Positions 1 through 8,922 of a DNA stretch of 64,000 nucleotides are shown in pieces. Source of the DNA: Candidatus Jorgensenbacteria bacterium GW2011_GWB1_50_10 (lineage in GTDB: Bacteria > Patescibacteriota > Minisyncoccia > UBA6257 > GWB1-50-10). The notes below the pieces were generated by a model. The model did not search any database, was not told where the DNA came from, and saw only the letters and a list, made by a program, of their open reading frames with translations. The stretch lies in the NCBI GenBank assembly GCA_001004105.1, contig LCQK01000001.1, positions 102,928-166,927 of the forward strand, given 5' to 3'. Both the position numbers and the translations under genes were made by a program. The first letter of the stretch is position 1. Each line of letters starts with the position of its first letter.

Positions 1-2
1 GC

Positions 3-116
3 AGAGGTATGCTAAAGTTTGTCAAAAGATTTAACACACCGAATAGTGCATGGGACGAACTGTATCTTTGCAGAATTAAAGGTGATGGTGCTTATGAGTG
101 GGAAAAAATAACCTAA
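3..116 (+). CDS. 3' fragment of a gene starting upstream of the window (ends ...GAYEWEKIT*)
   Basis: frame open from the window edge to TAA at 114-116; no start codon in window. Confidence 0.25.
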   Translation, partial: RGMLKFVKRFNTPNSAWDELYLCRIKGDGAYEWEKIT

Positions 117-134
117 ATAGGTTTAGTAGTTTTT

Positions 135-163
135 TTGACAAATCGCTTGTTTTATGCTATATA
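135..163 (+). promoter_or_regulatory. sigma70-like promoter TTGACA-17-TATATA for the 223 gene
   Basis: TTGACA at 135-140, 17 nt spacer, TATATA at 158-163; GGAGG RBS before ATG 223. Confidence 0.5.
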
Positions 164-222
164 GAAAGCAGGACACTACATCTATTGTAACCCAGGCACA
201 TCTCACTACGGAGGTCTGAAAA

Positions 223-915
223 ATGTTCCGGAGACTCTTCGCAGTTCTTGCAGTGGCGTTGCTGCCCGCGGCGGCATCGGCCCAGAGTCACATCGCTATC
301 TCGGTCTACGGGGGGGTGATGCAGCCGCAGACGGTGAGTCAGAGTTACTTCCTCACCGCTCCTTCCAACGACCGAACCGAGCATAACTCGATTGCCGAAG
401 GTGTAGGCGCGAACATTACCTACTACTTCGGTCGCATCGCGGCGCTCCCGCTCCGCTTCGGCGTCGGCGTTGACGCCAGTTACTTCGGCGGCGCAGTCCA
501 GCCCATCAAGGTATCCGACTTCATGTCCATTTTCGGGTCGGATTGCCCGCTGGGCATCTGCGGCGGAAGCGACATTGAGCTTCAGCCGTCGCTCTCCAAC
601 GCCACGATTGGCATCGTCGCGGCCGCGAACTACGAACCGGGACGAGTCGGCCTCTACGCTGGCGGCGGACCGGCTTTCACGGGAAGCCGGCTCTACCACG
701 CGGCGAAATCCACGCTCGTGGACCTCGCCTTTGGCTGGCAGGCGCTCTTGGGGAGCCGAGTGCGGATTTCGCCACAATGGTCGGTTTTCGCCGAAGCGCG
801 GCGGACGGATTTCGGGCGGGACTTTACGGTTCCGCTCAACGTCCTCCAAAGCACGAAGCTCACAGGCAATCCGGCGAACCATCTCCTCGCCGGGGTCACA
901 TTCTCCCCGCCGTAA
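223..915 (+). CDS. secreted outer-membrane beta-barrel-like protein (paralog of 2080..2769)
   Basis: signal peptide MFRRLFAVLAVALLPAAASAQS; alternating hydrophobic beta-strand pattern, Gly/aromatic rich; ~62 % GC, unlike the host backbone. Confidence 0.7.
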   Translation: MFRRLFAVLAVALLPAAASAQSHIAISVYGGVMQPQTVSQSYFLTAPSNDRTEHNSIAEGVGANITYYFGRIAALPLRFGVGVDASYFGGAVQPIKVSDFMSIFGSDCPLGICGGSDIELQPSLSNATIGIVAAANYEPGRVGLYAGGGPAFTGSRLYHAAKSTLVDLAFGWQALLGSRVRISPQWSVFAEARRTDFGRDFTVPLNVLQSTKLTGNPANHLLAGVTFSPP

Positions 916-980
916 GGGGAGACCAACGCAACACGGGCGTGTTCCTTCACAGGAATGCGCCCAGTCTGTTTTTTGATATA

Positions 981-1991
981 ATGAGCTTAAGTAAGATTAT
1001 GCAGCTACTTCGTAATCCTCTTTTTTATCTTGGTTTCATTTTAGTGATTGTTCTGGTTTTTAGTGTTGTCCGCGCCGCTTTCACGGAACCCTCCAATTCT
1101 TTCCCCGGCAGCGCGCCGGCGGCGCCCTTGGACACTTCATCTCTAACTCAAACCAAGGACGGCAGTCTCATTATCAACGGTTCGTTGGGCGTGGGAGGCA
1201 CGCCGGTGGGAGCGAGATTCTACGTTCTCGGCCCGATCGAGGCAACCGGCAATGTTACCGCCACCGCTTTTGTCGGCGACGGTTCGGGGCTTACCAGTCT
1301 TCCTTGGAGTGAATTAACCGGTTTCCCGAGCGCCTGCCCGAGCGGCCAAGCCGTAACAGCGGTTGGGGGAACATTGACCTGCGCGGCGGTTGGCGGCTCC
1401 TCGCAATGGACGACAACAAGCACAGGGGTTTATTACAACGGCGGGAGCGTGGGAATTGGGACGGTTAATCCAACAGCAAGATTTCATGTTTCTGATATAG
1501 GTTCCAACAGCATCAGAGATACTAATTTAAAGTTATCCACGGAAGATTTTAACAACGTGTCAATTATCTTTGAGAAAAATATCGTAGATGTCGGTCTTAC
1601 GGAACTAGGAAGAATTACAACGTCAGATAATTTCACTATAAGAGCTGGTGCGGGGAGTGTGCTTAATTTAGACGGAGCCGCAATAGTTTTTAAGACCGGC
1701 GGCACGGAAAGATTGAGGGTAGGAAGTACTGGTATTACCCCGACGTATTACCCGACAGTCGGTTCAATCACAAGTGGCGTCCAGAACGGTAACGGTCAAA
1801 AGAGTGTGGATCTAGGAGTGCATGATTTGTGCTTCGTAACGACGTGTAGAGTTGGAGATATTGATAACGGTAACGGCAGCGCTTCCTGTAGGGTATATAG
1901 AACTTCAGACGGTAAGTGGACTCTTTATGCCATCATTGTCAATGATAGCGATGCAATAGCTGAAACAGAGGCGACGTGTGCTGATTTCTAA
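981..1991 (+). CDS. secreted/surface hypothetical protein (N-terminal signal-anchor, Gly/Thr-rich repeats)
   Basis: ORF with hydrophobic N-terminus LFYLGFILVIVLVFSVV; TGATATAAT extended -10 overlaps ATG 981, so the true start may be ATG 1008 (leaderless or short leader). Confidence 0.6.
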   Translation: MSLSKIMQLLRNPLFYLGFILVIVLVFSVVRAAFTEPSNSFPGSAPAAPLDTSSLTQTKDGSLIINGSLGVGGTPVGARFYVLGPIEATGNVTATAFVGDGSGLTSLPWSELTGFPSACPSGQAVTAVGGTLTCAAVGGSSQWTTTSTGVYYNGGSVGIGTVNPTARFHVSDIGSNSIRDTNLKLSTEDFNNVSIIFEKNIVDVGLTELGRITTSDNFTIRAGAGSVLNLDGAAIVFKTGGTERLRVGSTGITPTYYPTVGSITSGVQNGNGQKSVDLGVHDLCFVTTCRVGDIDNGNGSASCRVYRTSDGKWTLYAIIVNDSDAIAETEATCADF

Positions 1992-2079
1992 ATCTTTTTT
2001 GACAAGAGTTCTATTTTGTGATATTTCAAAAACAGAACCTCTCGTCTAAATTTGGGACAATTTGCCACGGAGGCAGCAG

Positions 2080-2769
2080 ATGCTTCGCAAGTTCTTGGCA
2101 GTTTTTGCCGCAGTGTTGCTCCCTGCGACCGCTCTCGGACAGAGTCGGTTCTACGTTGCCGGTTATGCAGGTCTAAACGGCAACAGTTTTTCCTACCGGA
2201 CTCTCTTCCTCGGCGCACCTTCGCAGTGGGAGACGCAAAACACCGACTTCGGTTTGGGCGGCGGAGTGAAAGTCGGCCGAACCGGTGTCCGGAAGTTGGG
2301 GCTTTTCCGTTTTGACGCGGAAGTGGATATCTTCTATATTTCTTCGCCGCTTCCGAAGACGGTAATCGGTTTCGACTTCTGTTCTGTCGATGGGTTCCCG
2401 ATGATCTGCCCCGCCGAGGTTGCCGGAACGCTCGGAACTTTTGGCGCCGCTCCGAGTATCGTCGTGAGCGTCGCAGACGTCACGGGTAGCGGTTCGGAAT
2501 TCTATCTCGGCCTTGGCGCAGTCGTCGGCCGGGGGAGTTTCGGAACTGATACTTTCACGGAATCCGATCTTCATTTCGGCGCCCGTCTCTTGGGAGGCAG
2601 TAGATTGCGACTCGGCCGCAACTTCAGCTTTTTCGCCGAATGCCAAGGCATTTTCCTTCCCCTCTCGTTTTTGAGGAAGGAGGGTTTCTTGGGGGCGCCG
2701 CTCACTACCGGCTTGGAGTTCAAGTCGAGACAGCTTGCTTTCAACTTCGGCCTGGTTCGCTACTTCTGA
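2080..2769 (+). CDS. outer-membrane beta-barrel protein (C-terminal Phe)
   Basis: GGAGG RBS; signal peptide MLRKFLAVFAAVLLPATALGQS similar to the 223 gene; ends ...GLVRYF (classic OMP C-terminal aromatic); high GC. Confidence 0.7.
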   Translation: MLRKFLAVFAAVLLPATALGQSRFYVAGYAGLNGNSFSYRTLFLGAPSQWETQNTDFGLGGGVKVGRTGVRKLGLFRFDAEVDIFYISSPLPKTVIGFDFCSVDGFPMICPAEVAGTLGTFGAAPSIVVSVADVTGSGSEFYLGLGAVVGRGSFGTDTFTESDLHFGARLLGGSRLRLGRNFSFFAECQGIFLPLSFLRKEGFLGAPLTTGLEFKSRQLAFNFGLVRYF

Positions 2770-2873
2770 TGGCGCCACGCAGCACGGGTGCGTTTCATAC
2801 GAGACGTGCCCGGTTTTTTTTGACTTTTTAATCAAAAGTGTTATAGCTAAAAATCAGATACTAAACATTTCAC

Positions 2874-3707
2874 GTGAGACAGCGGGAGGCGGAAATGCTT
2901 CTTCGGAAAATCGCTTTCGCGCTTGCCGCCCTCTCGTTGGGGAGCGGTGAAGCGAAAGCACAAAGCGACGCGGAACTTCTCATTGCCCAGTACGGCTTTT
3001 CTTTTGGTCAGCAGTTCTTGGGCAAGGTAGTTCGCGGCAAAAACATCTGGAAGGCATTCCGGCAGACCTCTTACGAGGCCGTGCCGAGCGCAACTCTCCA
3101 GTACACCGGGATGAAGATGGTTGGGCAGGATTACCGTCTTGCTCTACCGTCTCAACTTCTTATGCAGAAAGGAGCGTGGTTCGGGCGGCAGTCAATTCTC
3201 GGCCGGCCTATTTTCTCGCAAGAAGCGCTCACGTCCTGGGAGCTGGACTATTTCTGGTTCAACTTCCGGCTTCGGGACGGGAAAGTTCTGCCCCCGCGAG
3301 TGAACGTTGCGACAGTGGGAATATCGTTTTACTACGACAACGTTCGTCTTGAGTGGCGGAGATCGCTTGCGACCGGCGTCGTGGTTTTGACGAGCACGAA
3401 TGGCCGGATTGGGAACCGAGTGGGTCAGGCTGGTTCCGGAGTTATTCTGATGCGCAGCCCGCGATACGGGGACTCGTTCAGACACGAACTTGTCCATACG
3501 CACCAGAGTATCCGGGGAAACGCTTTTTCCGACCCGCTTCTTCATCAAGGCGATTCCCAAAGCCGATTCCTGCCTTTCCTGCGGCTGAATCTCGGCAGTC
3601 TTGTAGGCCGAGTGCCAGCAACGCTTCAGGAATTTTTCGGTGAGCCAGCGTATTACAGCCAGCTTCACGAGTGGGAGGCGAGAGCTTACGCCAACTCGCC
3701 GAAGTAG
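2874..3707 (+). CDS. secreted hypothetical protein
   Basis: signal peptide LLRKIAFALAALSLGSGEAKAQS (alternative start 2895); TTGACT-16-TATAGC promoter at 2828-2856; high GC. Confidence 0.6.
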   Translation: MRQREAEMLLRKIAFALAALSLGSGEAKAQSDAELLIAQYGFSFGQQFLGKVVRGKNIWKAFRQTSYEAVPSATLQYTGMKMVGQDYRLALPSQLLMQKGAWFGRQSILGRPIFSQEALTSWELDYFWFNFRLRDGKVLPPRVNVATVGISFYYDNVRLEWRRSLATGVVVLTSTNGRIGNRVGQAGSGVILMRSPRYGDSFRHELVHTHQSIRGNAFSDPLLHQGDSQSRFLPFLRLNLGSLVGRVPATLQEFFGEPAYYSQLHEWEARAYANSPK

Positions 3708-3726
3708 CCCATAGCGAGCGCATCTA

Positions 3727-3768
3727 CGGGCCCGCGGATTCAATTCCCGGGCTCGTTTTTGTTTTTTG
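3727..3768 (+). terminator. rho-independent terminator running into the next promoter
   Basis: GC hairpin (GCCCG...CGGGC) followed by a T run that merges into TTGACA (3766-3771)-17-TACATT. Confidence 0.5.
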
Positions 3769-3848
3769 ACAAAATATTCATATTGTGCTACATTCCTAAT
3801 TAGGACACTTCCAATCTATCGATTGAACGCCTTACCACAGGAGGACTC

Positions 3849-4334
3849 ATGAAGTACCTTGCGGCGCTCTTTGCCGTCGCGACTCTCGCCTGCGGCGAGC
3901 CCGTTTTCTCGCCGGAGACGGAGATGCCTGAGTGGACGTTCGTCATTCAGTTGCTCGAGTACCGGGCTACTGAGCCGATGGTGACGCTCCGCGACGCCGT
4001 GCCGGGCCAGGGCCGCATGACGATGCAGTTCGGGAAGAACCGGACTGTTCTGGCGCGCGGTCCGCTGAACTTTCCCCGTTGGGGGCCGTCGGCCGCCCAC
4101 CCAGTTGGTGAGCCGTACCTGCTCCTTTCGGATGAGGAGTTCGTCGGAACCTACAAGTTCACGACGTCCAATACCCTCGAGATGTCTTTCCCGGAAGCGA
4201 CCGGCGCGAACGCCTGGGTGAACGGCACGTGGTTCTACAACTGGGACCATGTTGACAAGGTGGGCGTAATGCTTTACCACGGCACGTGGCTCCGGGTCAT
4301 TCTGGATCCGGCGGGCGTCACCAGGACGCCGTAG
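3849..4334 (+). CDS. lipoprotein, hypothetical
   Basis: MKYLAALFAVATLAC lipobox (L-A-C); high GC. Confidence 0.65.
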   Translation: MKYLAALFAVATLACGEPVFSPETEMPEWTFVIQLLEYRATEPMVTLRDAVPGQGRMTMQFGKNRTVLARGPLNFPRWGPSAAHPVGEPYLLLSDEEFVGTYKFTTSNTLEMSFPEATGANAWVNGTWFYNWDHVDKVGVMLYHGTWLRVILDPAGVTRTP

Positions 4335-4355
4335 CAAGCAGGGCAGCAGCAAAAA

Positions 4356-4394
4356 GCGAGCTCGAGGTTTCGACCCCGAGCTCGTTTTGTTTTT
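4356..4394 (+). terminator. rho-independent terminator
   Basis: GAGCTCGAGG-tttcgac-CCCGAGCTC hairpin followed by TTTTGTTTTT, then TGATATAAT (4394-4402). Confidence 0.6.
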
Positions 4395-4400
4395 GATATA

Positions 4401-6986
4401 ATGAACTTAATGAGGGTTTTGAAAATCTCTTTGTTTTTGGTTCTTTTTTTGATTTTTTTTTCCGAAGCTTCCGCAGAACCGGCTTTCCCGACGTATTTTG
4501 CGGTCACGCCCCAGTCGGCCTGCGCCATTAATTTAAACTGGGATCAGAGCACTCCAGGCGCTTATTATTTTGAGTATTTTTATTCAACCGATAACTTTGT
4601 AAGAGATTCCACGCCAGGGAGGGTGCCGCCCGTGGGCAACCTGCCGGGCGTGCCGCCGGCGGTAACCGGCAATTTTACGGCGACAACCACCAATTTGTTC
4701 CAGAACACAGAATACTGGTACCGTATAAGGGCCTGTGATTCAACCAGCTGTTCGCAATTTACAACCTCGCCTTCTAAAATCACACCTTCTTTGCCTGGCG
4801 CGCCTTCGGCACCGAACATCAATTCGGTTGCCGCTGTTCAACGCGGCAGAGTCCAGGACGTTGATTTGACCTGGGCGACCTCAACTCAACCGTCGAACTA
4901 CGGCGGTTTCTCCATTTTCCGCTCAACCGACGGCGGCGCACCTCAATTTATTAATTCATTACCTTTTAATAGGAAAAATCCGCCGCCTTTATTTTGGCGC
5001 GACTTGGGACTCTCGCTCGGTTCCTCCTACTCTCATTACGTCATCCAATATGAGAGCGCGATTGGCTGCACGGTTATTCCGTCAAACGTCAGCGGCCCGA
5101 CGACGAGCCCCAATAATCAAGCGGTTTTTTCCGTTCCCTCCAATACCGTTTATGTCCTGCGCGGCCCCACCAATCTGGATGGCTCCTTTAATGATGTGAC
5201 CATCAATTTGACTTGGACCGACAACTCCGGAAACGAAGATAATTTTGGGGTTTGGAAATCAACCGACCCCGCTTTCCCTTCGGTTAATCGCACAGAACTT
5301 TCTTTGCCTGCTAACACCGAGAACTTATCGGACTCGGCTTGGACTGATAATACGACCTACTATTACAAGGTGCGGGCCTGCAAAAGCGGTTCGAGTTGTT
5401 CGGTTTTTTCCAACACTCACGCAGTTTCAACCGGCCTAGCTAATCCGGTTTTGAGCGCGAGCGTGCTTTCCGCTTCCGACACTTCCGGCATCGGCAAGGT
5501 TTATCTTTCTTGGCCAGGCGTTCCGGGTGCTACTTCTTATAAAGCGGAGCGAGCCACCTCCACAGATTTCAGCAATGCCGTGGTTCTTGCAAACCAAAGC
5601 GCCGATTTTTACTACGACCAAAATATTTCTTTAGGTGAAGTTTATTATTATCGCGTGGAGGCCTCCGATGCGGGGGGGCAAACCGCTCGCTCCAATATCG
5701 AGGACGTTCACCTGAATTATCTTTACATTCTGCAAGGCGTGGCCTTCGCGAATGCCGGAGAAGGCGGCATCGGCTGGATTAAATTCAGCTCGGCTGATGA
5801 GAATGGCGTCGCTTCGGCGATTGATTACAACGTTCTCATTGCCAAAGACGGTGTTGTTTCGGGGATGGCCTGGGCTTCAATTGAAAACGGCCGGGGTTAC
5901 GGCTGGCTATCCTTTAGTAAGAGTGATTCAGTAGGATGCCCAGCGACGCCCAGTAATCCAAATTGCGAGGCGCGGTTTTCCACTTCTACCAACGAGTTAT
6001 CCGGCTGGGCGAGATTTTATTACCCGCAGGTGCGGGCCGGAGAATCCAGTTGGGGAGCGGTGGATGCGCCGGGCTGGGTTAGTTTGAAAGGTGTTCCCCA
6101 GTTTGCCGCGCTTGCACCGTTTTCTAAAATAGCTTCTTTGATAGAAGTGACGCCTTTTGCGCCGCTCGCTTCCATTATTAACTTTGCCTCTGCCGCCGGA
6201 ACTCCTTATGGTGTCAGATATAACCCCTCTACCGGTAAATTCTCCGGTCAGGCTTGGGGCGGGAACGTGACGGGCTGGATCGGTTTTAGTGATGCTGAAT
6301 GTGATGCGGATAACAATATTGCCGCGCCGGTCTGCACTGTACGGGTGACAAGCTTCAACCAGTCGCCGACAGTAAGCAACGTCATTATTGAAGGACCGCC
6401 AGAGTCGTGGTGCGCCGCCGACCCGTTTTACCGGGTGCGGTGGGATTACAGCGATCCGGAAAGCGTTAGTCAGCAGGCATTTGACATTCAGTTCATAGAA
6501 CTGGGTGGTGGCACCGCCGCTTTTTCTGAATCGGTAACCGGTTTGGACGGCGGCCAGCAGCTTTATCGGTTGAATGATCCTTTGACCGAACTTGCCGCTC
6601 TCACTACTTACAAAACGAGGGTGCGAGCTTCAGACGGGAACAGTTCTTCCACTTGGAGTGAATCAGCTGCAACGACCACGCCAACTTATTATTACCCGCT
6701 CGTTGATTTCGGCTGGACGCCGATGCCAACTACAACCGGCACCGTTACTACTTTTATGTCTTCGAGCACCGACCGCGGAGGGGGCATCTCTTCGTACGAT
6801 TGGCAATTCCAATTCGGCTCACCTTCCCAGTCCGCTAACCCGGCGCCACAAACCGTTTTCAGCCGGTTGCCTGCCGACGCATCGCTCACGGTAACCGACA
6901 GCGGCAATAACAGTTGTATCGGCACGCGGACCGTGAGCGGGACGGGATCGGGATCCTTGAAGCGCCGCATCTTCCGCGAGAGATAA
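4401..6986 (+). CDS. large secreted cell-surface protein with several fibronectin-III-like repeats
   Basis: 861 aa; N-terminal signal; recurrent FN3-like blocks (YWYRIRACDSTSCSQF, YYYKVRACKSGSSCSVF, YYYRVEASDAGGQ); possible leaderless start at ATG 4410. Confidence 0.75.
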   Translation: MNLMRVLKISLFLVLFLIFFSEASAEPAFPTYFAVTPQSACAINLNWDQSTPGAYYFEYFYSTDNFVRDSTPGRVPPVGNLPGVPPAVTGNFTATTTNLFQNTEYWYRIRACDSTSCSQFTTSPSKITPSLPGAPSAPNINSVAAVQRGRVQDVDLTWATSTQPSNYGGFSIFRSTDGGAPQFINSLPFNRKNPPPLFWRDLGLSLGSSYSHYVIQYESAIGCTVIPSNVSGPTTSPNNQAVFSVPSNTVYVLRGPTNLDGSFNDVTINLTWTDNSGNEDNFGVWKSTDPAFPSVNRTELSLPANTENLSDSAWTDNTTYYYKVRACKSGSSCSVFSNTHAVSTGLANPVLSASVLSASDTSGIGKVYLSWPGVPGATSYKAERATSTDFSNAVVLANQSADFYYDQNISLGEVYYYRVEASDAGGQTARSNIEDVHLNYLYILQGVAFANAGEGGIGWIKFSSADENGVASAIDYNVLIAKDGVVSGMAWASIENGRGYGWLSFSKSDSVGCPATPSNPNCEARFSTSTNELSGWARFYYPQVRAGESSWGAVDAPGWVSLKGVPQFAALAPFSKIASLIEVTPFAPLASIINFASAAGTPYGVRYNPSTGKFSGQAWGGNVTGWIGFSDAECDADNNIAAPVCTVRVTSFNQSPTVSNVIIEGPPESWCAADPFYRVRWDYSDPESVSQQAFDIQFIELGGGTAAFSESVTGLDGGQQLYRLNDPLTELAALTTYKTRVRASDGNSSSTWSESAATTTPTYYYPLVDFGWTPMPTTTGTVTTFMSSSTDRGGGISSYDWQFQFGSPSQSANPAPQTVFSRLPADASLTVTDSGNNSCIGTRTVSGTGSGSLKRRIFRER

Positions 6987-6987
6987 T

Positions 6988-7785
6988 CTATGTCTTTGCG
7001 ATAACAAAGCCGATAATCTTTTTCGCGCCGGCGTTTTTTAGAACGAGCACCGCTTCTTTCATTGTCGCACCCGAAGTAAAAACGTCGTCAACGAGAATGA
7101 CGTTTTGGCCGACAATTGCTTCAGGACGCTTCAGTGAAAACGCGCCGCTGACGTTTTCTTGTCTTTTCTCGTGGTCTTTCATTTTCGTCTGCGATTTGGT
7201 GTTTTTAGTGCGCACGAGATTGTTGGTTTCGATTCCAATTTTACGAGGTTCAACCTCCTCGCGAATTGACGTCAATATTTGGGAGGTTGAACCTCGGGGA
7301 GGTCGGACTTCCAAACATTGACGTAACACCTCCGCAACAAGATACGCCTGGTTGAAACCGCGCTCCCGCTCTTTTTGCGGATGAAGAGGCAGAGGCACAA
7401 CTGCAAAATTTCTAATTTCTAATTTCGAATTTCTAATTACTTTTTCCAGGTACTTATTGATAATTTCTCCGAGCGGTTCAAGAACGGTTTTGGCCCGGTT
7501 GTATTTCAAGGCGTGGATCAGTTCTCTTACCACCCTGTCTTGATAAGAAGCGGCGGCGGCGAGGACGAATTTCACTCGCGGATGGCAGAGATTTTGGTTC
7601 TTAGGCAGGCTGTCTCGGGCAGGCAGGCGCCGGTTGCATTCCGGGCAAAAAAAGGAGTTGTTGATTTCGATTCGGGCGGCGCATTCATCGCAGAGCGCTT
7701 TTTCTCCCCGCCGGAGGCAATTCACGCAAATCGGCGGGAAAATAACGTCAAGAAACAAATTCCATATTTTTTGAAGCGTCTCCAT
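6988..7785 (-). CDS. comF: ComF-family competence protein (double zinc ribbon + phosphoribosyltransferase domain)
   Basis: CVNCLRRGEKALCDEC...CPECNRR zinc ribbons; C-terminal PRTase motif NVILVDDVFTSGAT; carries a ~60 aa internal insertion encoded by palindromic DNA. Confidence 0.8.
   Translation of the reverse strand: METLQKIWNLFLDVIFPPICVNCLRRGEKALCDECAARIEINNSFFCPECNRRLPARDSLPKNQNLCHPRVKFVLAAAASYQDRVVRELIHALKYNRAKTVLEPLGEIINKYLEKVIRNSKLEIRNFAVVPLPLHPQKERERGFNQAYLVAEVLRQCLEVRPPRGSTSQILTSIREEVEPRKIGIETNNLVRTKNTKSQTKMKDHEKRQENVSGAFSLKRPEAIVGQNVILVDDVFTSGATMKEAVLVLKNAGAKKIIGFVIAKT
7245..7312. repeat. palindromic mini-element (paired GGAGGTT(C)GAACCTCC hairpins) inside the comF CDS
   Basis: GAGGTTCAACCTCC 7245-7258 and GGAGGTTGAACCTC 7283-7296 plus a partial third arm; same family as 18755-18805 in ligA. 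Confidence 0.6.
7408..7435. repeat. heptanucleotide tandem repeat (TTTCTAA)x4 within comF
   Basis: tttctaa tttctaa tttcgaa tttctaa seen directly; encodes ...KLEIRNSKLEIRNF... Confidence 0.6.
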
Positions 7786-7821
7786 TCAATAAAGTTTAAT
7801 CTGTGTTAAAATGATAATACC

Positions 7822-8919
7822 ATGCGCCTCGGTTTTCTGGATTTTTTCCGCGACATTGCGAATTTCGTGAAAAGCGGTTCGGTTTTGGGAATCGATATCG
7901 GCACCGTTTCCGTGAAGATCGCCGAAGTCGGCAAGCGGGGAGAACGCTTCCGGCTTTTAAACTATGGAGTTTTGGAAACTAAGAGATATTTTGAACGGCC
8001 GAACGAGGCTATCCAGACAAGTTCCCTGAAACTCTCGGAGGCAGCCGCGACCGAACTCGTGAAAACTCTTCTTCGGGAAACAGGGACGAAAACGAGAACG
8101 GCCGTTTGTTCCATTCCGGCTTTTTCGGCGTTCGTCGCTCCCTTGGAAATGCCGTTCCTCTCTCCTGCGGAAACGGCGAGAACCGTCGGTTTTGAAGCGC
8201 GGCAATACATTCCTCTTCCCGTGAGCGAGGTTTCCATTGACTGGCTCAAGGTTGACGAGTTTGATTCTCCGCAGGGCGGCCGAAGCCAGCGGCTACTCCT
8301 TATCGGTATTCCTAACGAAACAATCAGAAAGTATAAAAACATTTTCAAAAATTGCGGCCTGCGGCTCGTCGCGCTGGAGCTGGAAACTTTTTCCTTGATA
8401 AGAGCACTGGGGCGGTTTTCTTCTCCCACGCTTGTCGTCGACATCGGCGCCGAGTCCACCGCGATTGCCGTCGCGGAGGCAGGGGTTTTGAAACACGTGA
8501 GCCAGACTGACTACGGCGGCATCCATCTTACGGCTGCCTTGAGTAAAAGTTTGGGCGTGAGCGTGAAGAGGGCGGAGGAGTTAAAACGCCGAAGAGGACT
8601 TCTCGCAACGGGCGGCGAATCGGAGTTATCAACATTAATCGTTCCTTTTTTGGATGTTATAATACAAGAGGTGAGGTACGCGCAGGATTCGTACGAGCGC
8701 CGCTGGGCTAAAAAAGTTGCCGGATTGACGCTCGTGGGCGGCGGTTCGGAACTTTTGGGCATTGAAAAATACCTTGAGCGCCAGATGGGATTGCCCTGCA
8801 CCTCGCCCGATGTTTTCGGCGACGTCGATTACGATGCCTCCGCGGAACCACTTCGGAGAAATCTTTCCCGGGTTTTGCCGGTTGCCGTGGGTCTTGCCAA
8901 AAAGTATTTCCAAAATTGA
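7822..8919 (+). CDS. pilM: type IV pilus assembly ATPase-fold protein PilM
   Basis: actin-like GIDIGTVSVKIAEV N-terminus, 365 aa, first gene of a pilMNO-pilB-pilT-pilC array. Confidence 0.8.
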   Translation: MRLGFLDFFRDIANFVKSGSVLGIDIGTVSVKIAEVGKRGERFRLLNYGVLETKRYFERPNEAIQTSSLKLSEAAATELVKTLLRETGTKTRTAVCSIPAFSAFVAPLEMPFLSPAETARTVGFEARQYIPLPVSEVSIDWLKVDEFDSPQGGRSQRLLLIGIPNETIRKYKNIFKNCGLRLVALELETFSLIRALGRFSSPTLVVDIGAESTAIAVAEAGVLKHVSQTDYGGIHLTAALSKSLGVSVKRAEELKRRRGLLATGGESELSTLIVPFLDVIIQEVRYAQDSYERRWAKKVAGLTLVGGGSELLGIEKYLERQMGLPCTSPDVFGDVDYDASAEPLRRNLSRVLPVAVGLAKKYFQN

Positions 8920-8922
8920 TTC

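Noticed and set aside
157-882. 241 aa minus-strand ORF
   Set aside because: It is antisense to the well-supported signal-peptide beta-barrel gene (223-915). It is Arg/Gly-rich and typical of a high-GC antisense frame.
2173-2835. 220 aa minus-strand ORF
   Set aside because: It is antisense to the OMP gene at 2080-2769, with no RBS or promoter.
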